NCBI GenBank assembly: GCA_964106915.2
Contig: OZ066920.1
From: Podarcis gaigeae
Taxonomy: Eukaryota
DNA length: 64,000 nucleotides
Direction: 5' to 3' (one strand)
Positions within the stretch are counted from its first letter, which is position 1. Every line of letters begins with the position of its first letter. Below the pieces are notes generated by a model. The model was not told where the DNA came from. It did no database searches and was given only the letters and a program-made list of their open reading frames with translations. The position numbers and the translations under genes are program-made. Below, piece by piece: positions 1 through 13,800 of the stretch.

Positions 1-265
1 TTCTATAGTGTTAGTTTTTGGGCAATTAGTCTGTCTAGGTTTCCATCTAGTCCACACAGTATCTTCTAGGATAATATTTCTCCTGTTATGATACTCTGTT
101 GAATAGAGCTTAAATTTGTGAGCATATTTTCATAAAACTGAAATCAATAGAGTCTTAAATACCGATCACTTGCTTTAGAGCAAGTACCAGGAGCTATGCT
201 TCCTAACATGAGCAGCCTTGAACGGAAGATGGAAGCAAATTGGCTTGCATTGTGTTTGGCAAATA

Positions 266-783
266 CCGTATTTTTCGCCCTATGGGATGCACCGGCCCAT
301 AGGACGCACCTAGATTTTTTGGGGGGGGGAATAAAGGGGAAAAAAATATTCCCCCCCCCCAGGCGCAGGGGTCCCAGAACGCAGCTTCGGCATCGCTCTG
401 GGAGTTTGCGGGGCTGGGGGCGGGGGAAGCCTGAGCTTCCCCCGACCCCAGCCCCTAGAACGGGTCCCAGAGCGCAGCTTCGGCATCGCTCTGGGAGCTT
501 GCGGGGCTGGGGGCGGGGGAAGCCTGAGCTTCCCCCGACCCCAGCCCCCAGAACGGGTGCCAGAGCAATGCCGAAGCTGCACGCAGCTTCGCATCGCTTT
601 GGGAGCTTGCCAGACTGGGGGGATAGCTTCCTGAAACCTGGAGAGCGAGAGGGGTCAGTGCACACCGACCCCTCTCGCTCTCCAGGCTTCAGCAAAAGCC
701 TGCATTCGCCCCATAGGACGCACACACATTTCCCCTTCGTTTTTGGAGGGGGGAAAGTGCGTCCTATAGGGCGAAAAATACGG
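266..783. mobile_element. Non-autonomous Tc1/mariner-superfamily (Tc2/pogo-like) DNA transposon
   Basis: TA|CCGTATTTTTCGCCCTAT...ATAGGGCGAAAAATACGG|TA; GC-rich internal tandem duplication. Confidence 0.85.
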
Positions 784-889
784 TACTACATTGTAGTGTA
801 GAAATTTGTTGCTTTTAAGTCATTGTTATATGTACCCTTGTACATGGGGAGAACAATGTCTCAGTAAAAAGATAAATCTGTTGTGACTC

Positions 890-1550
890 ATTGTTAGTTG
901 TGGGATAACCTAACTACAGTTGCTTTGGCAACCTCTAGTCTAGATTACTGCAACACATTATACTTAGGGCTGCCTCTGAATAGGGTTTGGAAGCTTCAGC
1001 TGGTAGAGAATTTGGCAGCCAGGTTGCTGACTGGGGCAAGATGGTTTGAGCATATTACATTGATCCTGGCCCAACTGGCTCCCAGTTAGTTTCTGGGCCC
1101 AATTCAGAGTGCTGATTTTGACCTATAAAGCCTTGAGCTGCTCAGGATTGCAATACCTCAAGGACTGCCTCTCCCCACATGAACCAACCTGGACCCTGTG
1201 ATACTCATGTGAGGCCCTTCTTCATCTGCCTCCTCCACAAGAGGTATGGAGGGTGGCAACACAAGAACAGGCCTTTTCTGCAGTGGTTCCCTGTTTGTGG
1301 AATGCAATTTCCCCACGGAGGTTCATCTGGCATCTTCATTCTACACTTTTAGGTGCTAGGTGAAAATGTTCCTCTTCAACCAAGCCTTTGGCTGACTAAC
1401 ATCCATATCCTTTTAAATGTGTTATTGTTTTGGTTTGTTTTTGTTCTTGTTTTTCTTATATATTTTGTGTTTTTATCTTGTATTTATATGCTGTGAGCTG
1501 TCCTGAGATCTAGGGACTGTATGCAAATTTAATAAATAAATAAATAAATA
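890..1550 (+). mobile_element. L2 LINE 3' fragment
   Basis: LDYCNTLYLGLP..KLQLVENLAARLLTG L2 ORF2 C-terminal motif; (AAAT)n tail. Confidence 0.75.
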
Positions 1551-1840
1551 TGTTACTGTACCTTTAAGATGAATAGAATCTCAAGAGCAAGACTTGTCAG
1601 TTGGCTTTGTCTGTTAGAGAAGGTTAAGATTAAATTCAGTGAAGGTTGTACATATTTGTCTCCTTACTTATTAATCTACAGTCAACACTGTAGCTTCCTT
1701 TGTTTTGGAACATCCTGCAGCGTGCCTTTCCTCCCTGCTCATGGGTTGTTAAGTATAGAAAGATCTGAGCCACAGAATCCAGCATTTTAAAAATGGATTT
1801 ACCAAGGTATTTCATAACTACTTTCTCAACTTTTTAACAG

Positions 1841-4800
1841 AATCAATCTGCCTAAGAGAAAGCGAAGAGATTGGTTGAAAGACTCTGAAAAAGAGCAGCA
1901 GTTAGCAGAACATGATCTAGATGCAGCTTCTTCGGAACCAGACTATAACTATGAGTTTGCACAAATGGAAGTCATAATGAAAACACTGAATAGCAATGGT
2001 AAGAAGCTGATGCTCAGCATCACTGAAAATGTCAGACAGGAGCACATAAATTTCAAGGTCCTGGCAATAGATAGGTTCTTTAATCGGTTCCCTTGTCCTG
2101 ATGGTTGTAAATAAGGAATGGATAATTTTGTTGTGTTCAGTAACTGTTGTGACTTTCTGGGAATAGAGACTGTGGAGGAGTAAATCATGTATGACCAACT
2201 GATCCCAATTATATTTACTAGGAAGTAAGTGGAGTTTTATGGGATTTACCTCATGCTCATCTTCCTTTTCTTATATAGACCCTGCAGTAGAAAATGGTAC
2301 TTTGGATCTTTTATCTCTCACCTTCTGATCACTGTGGCTGTAGAACTGTGTTAAGAAGTAACAAAGCTGAATTATTAACAATGTAGATAATGAATTTTAA
2401 GATATGCTGGTGCTTTCCTTATCTAGATCCAGTACAAAATGTGGTCCAGGTCCTGGAGAAACAATACTTGGAAGAAAAGCGTAGCGCTTTGGAAGAGCAG
2501 AGGATGATGTATGAGCGTGAGCTGGAGCAACTCCGACAGCAGCTTTCTCCGGAAAGACGGTATCAGCATTCTAGTGACAGGCTTTCAGAAGCTACCCAGA
2601 CAGCTCAGCAGAAAGTGAACCTTTGGTCAGAAGAGAGGTGAGAGCATTGATATTAAAACCATAAGTAACTATGAAAGAATGAGTGATGGAAGAAAAATAC
2701 TATTGTGTGTGTGTGAATCTGTCCAGGACAATCTTTCATCCAGATCCTAAATAACTTTAGAACATCCTTCCTGCAAACGTGCTATGAGTAAGCTAACCAT
2801 ACTCAAACTGCTTGTTGTAAAACTTAGTACCATTTAAATTCTTCAAACGCAGGACTCATTGGGGCCGGGCATTTGGTATGTACCTTCCGTAACTAGAATG
2901 TAGTCCTTCTTACCTAGTGATTCTGACTGATTTGGTCTTATCTGCATTGTCTTCTCAGTTAAGGACCAATCATGTCATAGCACAGGCACTGTGCAGTGCC
3001 CATATGGTCAGAATTACTGCAGGGCTTTCAAGGGAAACTCATTATAGCTCTTGTATAACTTGTAGGTTTCATCTTGGTATACATATAATTTTTCTCAGAA
3101 TGCCTATAAAGACGGATTAGCACGGTGGGATTTGTTTTGTTACCAAATGGCATTTCCAAGATAGCCTTGACATGTATTAAAAAAATAGGAAGCATTCTCT
3201 CATTTAAAGCTATTATTTTCTCTTGTTAAAATATTTGAACATAATTTTTAAAATCTGGAATAATTAATATTCTTATGTTTACAACCTTGTTCATTGTTTC
3301 TGCCAATGTCTTCTTACCAAGTTCTCAATTTCCCAATTAATATTCTACTACTCCTCTCCATTTTTCTTTCCCACCCCTAGGGATGAGTTATTTCGACAGA
3401 GCCTAGCAAAATTAAGAGAGCAGATAGTTAAGGCCAACACATTAGTGAGGGAAGCAAATTTATTGGCTGAAGAAATGAGCAAGCTAACAGATTATCAAGT
3501 GACACTGCAGATTCCTGCTGCTAACCTGAGTGCCAATAGGAAGGTAAGAAAATTGATAATTGAAACTATTTTGTAAAAGCCCTTGGAAGTCATTTGAGTC
3601 CAGAAGTAGAGAATGAACGAGTGCATGAGGGAGAGAAAATGGAACATAAATTAAAGGAGTTGTATGGACTGAATAGATATAGCTTCTCTAAACTTTCTAT
3701 CTCACTGAGCTGATACAATATTATAATACCCGTAAACATACAGTAGAAACAGGACATTCATGCCTGTGCTATCTTGATATGTTTCCAGTCATTTATGGTT
3801 TCTAGTTCTCAGCCACCATTATGAGGCCGGGGAGAGGCTGGCACTGCAGCAAAAGGCTGCTAAACACGCCCCTCTCAAGCACCTGGTTGGATGCCTGCCG
3901 AGGGGCGTGGGCGCCAGCCAGCCAGCCAGGTGAGGTGGTGGCAGGGGGCTAACGCCCCCTGCTAGGGGCGGAGCTCGGGCTCCCGCCCACAACCACTCCC
4001 CTCTCTTGCAGGGAGAGTCTGTATAAATAATTGGAAAATGCAAGAGAATGGAGTACCAAAATATTAACATAGCTATGTAGCTTATGGTGTTCGAGTTTAA
4101 ATTTGAAAAATGGAATCACTTTGTTAAAATGCATATTTTATCTACTTAAGATACTTTGTCTTGTCTTTGTTTAGAGAGGAGCAATTGTAAGTGAACCAGC
4201 TATTCAAGTAAGAAGAAAAGGGAAAAGTACTCAAGTATGGACCATAGAGAAGCTGGAAAACAAGTTAATTGACATGAGAGATCTGTATCAAGAATGGAAG
4301 GAAAGAGCCCATGAGGTATTCAACCTCAGTTTTTCAGTTTGGCCAAAATCGTACACTTTTAATAAAAACAGAATATTTCTAAAAGCATTATATAGCACAG
4401 TTGTGCATATTCATGTAAGCATTTCTGCTGTTTATCAAACAGCAGTGCTACATTCAGTTGTACGTTTATCCTAATATTTGTAGTTTATTTCCCTTATACA
4501 TGTCTGAGAACAGACTACAATGACTACATTTGGAACTTAGTATCTCTAAAACTATTTCAGGATTATACAGAAAGATCATGTCTTGCATGGAGGTTACATT
4601 CTGAGGATGGCGTGTAGACAAAAACCACCTCCTTGGAACTGCCCCCACTCAAGCACCCTTATGCTTTCTGGAGTCATGCCCCAAGCAGACCTTGCCCCAC
4701 AAGCAAGGCAGAGAGCTTCTAAGCTCCCTTGCTTACTAGACTCTGGGAGGTTCTCTCGCAGGCCATCCATGTTCCTGCCAGCTTATGCGAGAGCCTTCCA

Positions 4801-7800
4801 GAGCCCAATAAGCAAGGCAGAGAGCTTAGAAGCTCTTTCTGCACTGGCGAAACTGTGTGCAAAAAGTGCTTTTAAGCGCTCTGGCTTCTGTGCATTTAAT
4901 TAGAGTGACTTCAACCTGTCAGCCTTCAACTGTGTAAAGTTGAAATCACACATGCTAAGCCTGTGTCAGTTGCAATCGTCCTGCAATTTATTTTGCTCTG
5001 CATATGAGATTTTAAAATAGTGTGCTTTTGGATATGTTTACAGGTAAGTGTATTTTTTAGTGTAAGTGAGGCAATATTTTTAGTATTCATTAGAAATTTT
5101 AATGCAAATGTTTGCTAATATTTGACCTACTATAAGGAATAACAGATTTTCCATAGTTTGTTTCTTCAAAGCACATCAGCACTGAGTCCTACTATTTTAA
5201 GTGAATGGATAACAACTTAATGTAATTCAGGATTTAATTATACGGTTGTTTCAACATAAAATGCTGTCTGCCTGAACATGATGATCAACATAGTACTTCG
5301 TGCAATGTAGTATTCATTGACTGCATCAAAAACTAGTACAAACAGTTTTTGTTGTTAGTATTTTTGCACACAGGGAATTTAATTTTGGTCTTCTGTGAGG
5401 AACACAAAATTGTTGGAAGTGTTGCTACTCATTTACAGTATTTAAATGAGGAATAAGCTTTTGGTGTTAATAAGAGTTAGGTTTGTATACATAGAATAAT
5501 AGAATCATAGAACTGTAGAGTTGTAGAGTTGAAAGGAACCTCAAGGGTCATATAGTCCGACCCTCTGCAATGCAGGAATCTCAACTAAAGCATGCATGGC
5601 AGATGGTCATCCAACCTCTGCTTAAAAACCTCCAATGAAGGAAAGTCCACTACCTCCTGAGTGAGGCGATTCCACTGTTAAAGAGCTCTTAGAAAGCTCT
5701 TTCTGATGTTTAGTTAGAATCTCCTTATAACTTGAAGCCATTGGTTTGGGTACTAGTCTCCAAAGTCGGAGAAACAAGCTTGCTCCATCCACCATGTGAC
5801 AGCCCTTTAGCTATTTGAAGATGGCTGTTATATCTCCTCTTTTACAGATTAAGCATACCCAGTTCCCTCAACCGTTCCTCATAAGGTTTGGTTTCCAGAC
5901 CTTTGATCATCTTGGTCACCCTCTTCCTCCATACATTCCAGCTTCTCAATATCCTTCTTAAATTATGGTGCCTAGAACTGGACACAGTACCCCAGTTGTG
6001 GTCTGACCAAGGCATAATAGAGTGGGACTCTTGCTTTCCTTGATCAGGTCCCTATGCTTCTGATTATGCTTCCTAGAATAGCATTAGGTTTGTTTGCTGC
6101 TGTATCACACTGTTGACTCGTGTTAAGCTTGCAGACCAGTAAGACCCCTAGATCCTTTTCACGTGTACTACTGGCAAGCCAGGTGTCCCCCATCTTATAT
6201 TTGTGCAGCTGGTTCTTCCTGCCTAAGTGTAGAACCATACATGTGTCTGTATTGAAATACATTTTGTTAGTTTGGACCCCGTTCTCCAGTCTGCTCAGGT
6301 CATCTTGCATCCCGATTCTGTCTTCAGCAGCAATGGTGTCATCTGCAAATTTGATGAACATCCCTTCAATACCTTCATCCAAGTAATTTAGAAATAGGTT
6401 GAACAACAAGAGGCCCAGGGCAGGTGCTCTATACACTCTAGTGCGCTACATATACTCTTGTCTTCTGCTATCATCTGACCTGCCTTGTTTAGACATGTTG
6501 CACAGTGGTGAAATGGGGATTTGAATATGACTTTATTGGGTGTAGCTCATAATTTTTTAGCACACCCATGTTGGATCACAATACTAAATCATTTTTGTTT
6601 TTGAAATTTTAATTGTCTTTAAAAAAAAACAGATGAAGAGACTCACTGGAAAAAGAGGTGATCCTTTCTATGAAGCACAAGAAAACCACAATTTAATTGG
6701 TGTAGCGAATGTCTTTTTGGAGTGCCTTTTCTGTGACGTTAAACTTCAGTATGCAGTACCAATAATCAGCCAGCAGGGGGAGGTAAGTTTCAGTCTCTGG
6801 TGTCATCTATTCCGTTTTGTTTATGAAGGCAAAACTTTGCTATGAGCGGCACATATGTATTCAGGAAGGAAAAGCACAATAAATCCACTATTAATGCATC
6901 AGTGATGTCTTGCTGCATACACCTGCAATAAGACAGCAGTCAGGATGGGCACACAGTCTTGGGACAAGAGAAGATTGATGCCACTGAAACATTAAATGGA
7001 AATGCTTTGAATAGAGGGCAAATGACCAAGCCACTGAATTTCATGTACTGACGACCAAATTTTTGACTATAGTTCACTTGCTCCTCCGGTGTTCTAAATC
7101 TAGAAGTCAAATCAAAGGGAAAAGTTGTGACTACACAGAAGGCAATTCAAAACAACTATCAATAACTTCCAGTTTATTTTTAAATATGTAAATTTGGATA
7201 ATAGCTGAGCAAGAAAATGAGAATTTTACTGGTTAGATACTGAGCTCCACATCTTACATGTGAACCTCCATAATGTCAAGTTGGATCTGAGACAGATTTG
7301 AGAATGGTCGTATGTAATCTGCAATTGTTATCGGCATGCTGTTTTCTGTTCAGTTGAAGCTACAATTATATTTATATATGTAAATATGTGGATTACTGAT
7401 GCTATGCAGTACTACAAGGTCTTCAATATTAATATTTTTTGGGTGCAGGTTGCAGGGCGTCTTCATGTTGAAGTGATGCGTGTCACTGGTGTTGTCCCAG
7501 AACGCCTAGTGGAAGGAGATGATTCTTCTGAAAACTCAAGTGAAAGTGGAAGTATAGAAATCATGGACAACAATGGAGAAATTACTCACAGGCCAAAAAA
7601 ACTCACCTGCAGGGTATGGACATATGTATATTAATATTTTAATAGGATATACATATATTTTACCTATATAATACTCTAAACATTTTGCATGTCTTACAAT
7701 CAGCAATGGGAAATGTCACTCATCCATTTCCAGTTGGTTTCCATACACCTTCAGAGATTTAGTTTATCTTTATTTGTCATATGTTCATACTATAGTCTGC

Positions 7801-10800
7801 ACCTTGGATGGAAGTTTTAGACAAGTAAAGTCAACAATTTAAAAATGTAAGCCATTCATTGGGGTTAGTTAATTTACAGCAGTTGAAGTTTTCAATGCTT
7901 GCCCAGCAGTACATGTGTGTGGACAAGGATTACCAAATAATCTTACGATGCTTTTGTTTGTTAAACATATTGTATATATTGAGTGTTAATTTTTAGATTG
8001 TTTTATGAGCCTAGCTGTGAGATAAAATTGGCCTTACTTAGTCAACCATTGTCTATATTCTGAGTATAGCTGAATATATTAATATAAATATGCCAGTATA
8101 TTGAATTACAGTTTTACTGTTGTCTAGGTAAAAATTAAAGAAGCAACAGGACTACCTTTGAATCTCTCAAACTTTGTCTTTTGTCAATACACCTTCTGGG
8201 ATCAGTGTGAGTCAACTGTTGCAGCACCAGTTGTAGACCCAGATGTGCCTTCACCTCTGACCAAGGATGTCCAGTTTACAGTGACTTTTGCTCATTGTAA
8301 GGTAATTTAGTTTGGTTGGAATGCTAGAAAAATACATTTGAGTCCATATTTTAAACACACACACACACACACACACACGTATGATTCCATCCTACTGTAC
8401 AGTGAGATGGAGATGAAACAAGGGGTTCTAATAGCTTCATTAAACAACAACAAAAATTCCTTTCCATTGCTTTCAAGTGCCTCCCCCACCAATTACCTTC
8501 AGTCCATTCCACTCACCTTTTGGGCAGGCCACCAGGTTCTTCACACACACACTCTGGGCCACAGTTTGGGAACCCTGACATAGGTTAAACAGAATTCTGC
8601 AAGTTATTAGTGGCATTGAATGCTGGAGTTGTGTAACCTGCTCCTGGTACTTTTATTTGTGATTTCCAGTGGAAAGAGCAAGGAAGACAGAACATACAAC
8701 TTGGTTCTTAGGAAACCTAGTCAGAGAGAAGATGTGACCAGCCTATTCACTGTTATGGAAAATAGGATTGGATTAAGGAAATGAAACATTCATTCTTTCA
8801 CAAAAACATATTAGTTAGGAGTGAGTTAGTCTGGCAAACTTTCTGGTCTCTGAAAATGGAGCTTTGTTATTCCTAAAATGTTTGGTGGTTATGCTTATTT
8901 CAATATATCTCATTAGAACAGGGATGACAATATTAAATATATTGTAGTAATCAACACAAAATATGGAATTTTGACTACCTGTGCAAATATAACTGAAGTA
9001 TTAATATAAAATAGTGGTCTGTTCAGTATTATACAAAATTCTGCATTTTATCTGGTTCATGGAATTAATATCTTCATTGGGAGTTTTTTTCTGCCCACAA
9101 GAACATTTGAACATTCACCTGGTTTTTTAATCATAGAGCTGATAAAAATCATGCTTTAAGTGTTTTGCAGTAAGTATTGCAATTTTCTAGGATTATGTGG
9201 TGAATGTAACAGAAGAATTTCTGGAGTTCATTCAAGATGGAGCACTTGCTATTGAGGTATGGGGTCACAGATGTGCTGGAAACGGCAGTTCCATATGGGA
9301 GGTGGATACTCTTCATGCAAAAACCAGGACCTTGAGAGACAGGTAAACCTATGTTGTATTTTCCTTATAGTAGTGAAGCCTCACTTCAAATATAGGGAGA
9401 AAGGAGGAAGTACAGCACATGTGCCAGAGATGAATTGAGAGCTAGAGGGTGATGGGTGTGTGTGCCTGTGAGAGGTGGTAGGAGAGAAACTGAGCACAAA
9501 TAGTCATAGTCTTCTTTCTGCAAGAATATTTTCATAGTCTTCTTTTCATAGTCTTCTTTCTGCAAGAATATTTGATTTGTTAATTACTAATTGTATTGTT
9601 GCTTCCTACCCTTGGCACCTAGGGGAAGAAGGGTGGGATAAAAATCTAATAAGTAGATAAAATGAATGGTTCTACAAATTTCCACTAAAGTGTAAGGAGG
9701 AGTATTCATACTACTCTTATTGCTTTTTGGATTGTCTCTAGGTGGAATGAAGTGACACGTCGAATAGAAATGTGGGTTTCAATTCAAGAACTGAATGAAC
9801 TGGGGGACTATACAGCTGTGGAGCTCCACCAGGCAAAGGATGTAAATACAGGAGGGATTTTCCAGCTTCGACAGGTACAATTAATTTTATCCCTCCCAGA
9901 TAAGAATACTAAAGTGTGTTTACATTAATTTACATGTTTCCCTACTTATATGACCAGGGTCATTCTCGCAGAGTTCAGGTGATGGTTAAACCAGTACAGC
10001 ATTCGGGAACATTGCCACTTATGGTAGAAGCCATTCTGTCTGTCTCCATTGGCTGTGTGACTGCCAGATCAACCAAATTGCAACGGGGGTTGGACAGTTA
10101 CCAGGTAGGATAAGTGGCTTTAAAGTGCTAAATTATTATATTGTGGTGCAGATTTGTTGTTTTCACTTGTGCCTTTGAAGGATACTGTGTGGAATTTGTA
10201 TGTACACTTGAAGCAAGGCATGGATGATAGCTTCTCAAGGGCCATTAGGAATGGCAGCTAAATGGAACATCATGTCTTGAACTGGCATCCCTTGAATGCC
10301 AGATACAATATCAAATTGGTGACTTTCAGGGGCTTGTAACCTTTCAGGGGCATCTTGCTGGGCATTATCAGAAACTGAATGCTGAGTAGATGAAGTTTGC
10401 TGATGGGAATTGTAGTTCAAAATATTTGGAGGACACCAAGTTGGAGCAGGCTGGTTTTAAAAGTTTATTGTAAACTAGTCATCGCAAGCCTCAGGTACAA
10501 CCTCTTCCTCTTTTGTAAGCCCGATGAGGAGACTGAAAGGGCTACCTGGAGATGCTAGCAATTGAACCTGAGACCTTCTGCATTCAAAAGCAGATGCTCT
10601 GCCATTGAGCTACTGCCCTTCCCCTCAACAACCACTTGCTCACCTCTTGGGCTCTGTGCATTTGTATACTAAGAAGTGACTTACACTTGATGTGCTGAGG
10701 GACTGAATCCAAGTCTTCCCTCCATCCACAATGGCCTTGTTTGCATGTAACCTTAAATCATAGTTAAAACAACAACAACAACTCTGGAAGGGCTCTCCAG

Positions 10801-13800
10801 CCTTTTTGGGCCCATAGGCACATTTGCAAACCAGACAAATAGTTGTTGGCAACCCCCCCGCCCCCTTTTCAAGCCTAATTTCAGCAGCCTCCTTTCTGTG
10901 ACATGTGGTAGGACACAAGCCTGAATCTGCCTTGTAGGGTGGGCAAAGCTCATGATTTGTATCTCTCCGTATAAATCAAAAGTGGTAAGCCAAGCACAAA
11001 TACTGGCTTCCACTCATGACTTATTTGGAAGGAAACAAGCCATGAGCCCAAGTTTGCATGTCACTACAAGACAGACTCTGGCTTCTTTCCTTTCCTGCAT
11101 GGCATAGTCAGCTGCGAAGGAAGGAGGAAAATGTTTGTGCACATTAAAACATAGTTTATTTTAAGCTACAGTTTAACACTGCACGTGAACCTGGCTATTA
11201 TGTGATTGCTGAATGCCCACTGTTACATCAAAGATGTGTAGACTGAGGGCATAATGATAAAGATCCAGCATAAATTACCAGAGATAAACCTCATGTAGAA
11301 GAACAGGTGGACACTTCTCCCATCAGTCATGTGCTTCAAAAAGTGAACTAATTAATTTAAAACAAAACAACAACCCAATGCTTGAAAGCATGAAGATATC
11401 ATATACATAGTTTATGTCTCTAGAAAGCAAGGGAGCATCATTGCATGAATTTTGCTTCTACGTGATTAGGTATTAGCCTGGAGGTCCTGACTCTCAAAGC
11501 TTTTTACAGTAAGTGGTAAAGAGAAGCAGCACATGTCTGTTCTCTTCACCATACTAATGGATCATTAAACCTTTATATAAACAAAGAAATAAAATAAGGT
11601 TTGATGCTTTCTGTTCTGTCTTGTTCTAATTTGTGTCCATGATGTTTGATCTTATTTGGAGTTTGTTAGCAAGAAAAATGCATGTTCTCTATGTTTATAA
11701 AGTTTATTTTTTTCTACCAGAGAGGAGATGATGATGATGATGGTGATATGGATAGTTATCAGGTATTGCTGCTGCTGTTGTTGTCGAATCACATAGCATG
11801 GGGCACAGCTAATGCTAATAGTTATCAACTCCAAAAAGTTACTGAAATAATTTGCTCTTGGAACTTCATGCATTAAAAGACACTGATTTAAAGAACAAGC
11901 ATCTCACCTTAATTTGACAATACACTGTGCTCTTTCATGTGACATTTCTAATGATCAATATATTAATGATTTATTTAGATTGTTGAAAATTAAGAAACAG
12001 CATGGTGGCTTGCAACTTAATTAAAACAACTGTCAATAAAACAATGTAAAACAGATGCAGAAGATACAAAATAGCAAAGAAATTTCAGGGAGGGAAAAGC
12101 CAAGGATTAAAAACCATGTCAAGTACCTGCCAGAAAAGGAATGTCTTCACTCACTGATGAAAGTCCATCAAAAAGGGGACAAAACAGACTTCCCTGGGAA
12201 GGAAGTCCCGCAGAGCCTGGGCAAGGCAACAGAGAAAGTTGTATTGTGTGTCAAATTCAGATGTTGGTGTAATGCAACGGAGACGTACAAGAGAGATTTA
12301 CAGACATCTCTTATATGGTAGAATTGAGGCCAAAAGCTGAATTCTTCATTTTTTTAACTAAATAATGTTTGAAATCATAATAATTTTTACATACAATTAT
12401 TTGTCATCCATAATTTTTACAGGTTTCATTAAATCACATTTTGTTCAGTGCAATAACAAAAACCTTCAAATATTTGTGTGTACTGTACTGTTAAACTATT
12501 TTTAAATAATAAAAAGCTAGTCCTGTAAAATTTACTTTCCTGATGCCTACAGCTTTAATATATTTATGAATTAATGAATTCTGTATGAAGGCTTCCCTAT
12601 ATTAAAGGTTTTTAAAAAACTTTTTAACAAGCAGCAAAAAACAAAAAACGAAACACCAGTTGTATAAATGTAGGTATCTATGCAAATACCCTAGTAAGTT
12701 GTACAGTTGTTCCAGAAACCTACAGCTCAAACTACAGGTGATGGCTGATTCAAATGCCTAAAGCTCCTCTCTGACCCAGTCCTGTGAAACAAGGAAACTA
12801 GAAGTCCAATTTAGGAGTATAAGGAATAAATGGGTGAGCAGTGCTAAACACCCACATCCACACACCAGAGGCAACTCAACACACACTGCTTACCTTCTTA
12901 CAACCTTCTCCCCAAGCACTCTTCTCACAGATAGAGACACTTCTGGTATTTAGCCTGGATGAGGAGAAAATGGCTTCAGAGAACAAACTGCAAGTAGATA
13001 AACCACAAGGAGAGGGAAGGCTTTGCACTTCCCATCCAGGAGGACCCCCACCTCCATAAATATGGTACTTCGATAAGTTAGGCAGATCTAGATTTAAATA
13101 CACCATCCTGCTGTCAACAGTAGTTTGAGCCTGAATTAGCTACTAACTTGCTTCAAGCGGTTCATGGCACTTCCTGGTAATGAATTATGAAGAATGGATC
13201 AAACATTTCTTTAATATCAGAAAGCATGATTGCATGATGGGTTTTTGTTTGCATGTGGATGATTTAGTTACTCTGGTAACAGCTTCTCATAATGGAGTTA
13301 ATACAGGTTTAAGGGTATATATGTTGATGTCTCTTTAATTGTTTTCTCTTTCATATGCTACTAAATAGTTTGTTGGCCAATGCATTATTTTTCTGCTTGG
13401 ATCTAAATCACAAATTTGCAAGAGACAAAATACACAAAGAGCTCTAACTATGGAGTGGGTGGTGCAGTTTCAGCTTTTCATTCTTTATGCTCTTTGCAAG
13501 TTGGGTGAGCTTCCTTTCTTGGGTTATGTACTATCTGATGTAAAGGTGAATGAACACTATTTGTTAACATCTTCCAATCAAAGTTGAAAACTGCATAAAA
13601 TTAAATGTGCATGTTGTATATGTTAAAAAAAACCAACTCTCTTTTTCCATAGGAGGAAGACTTAAATTGTGTGAGAGAGAGATGGTCAGAGGCACTAATA
13701 AAACGCAGAGAATATCTAGATGAACAGATTAAAAAAATTAGCAATAAACAAGGTTCGTGGATCTTGTGGTTTAATTATAAGAATTTTTCATTCCTTTGTA

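Noticed and set aside
144-801. Overlapping 193-201 aa ORFs (also 43832-44449 and 56351-57077)
   Set aside because: They lie inside GC-rich non-autonomous transposons; stop-poor by composition, with repetitive translations and no transposase motifs.
12700-13110. Possible solo LTR (TGT...ACA)
   Set aside because: No matching TSD and no second copy in the window.
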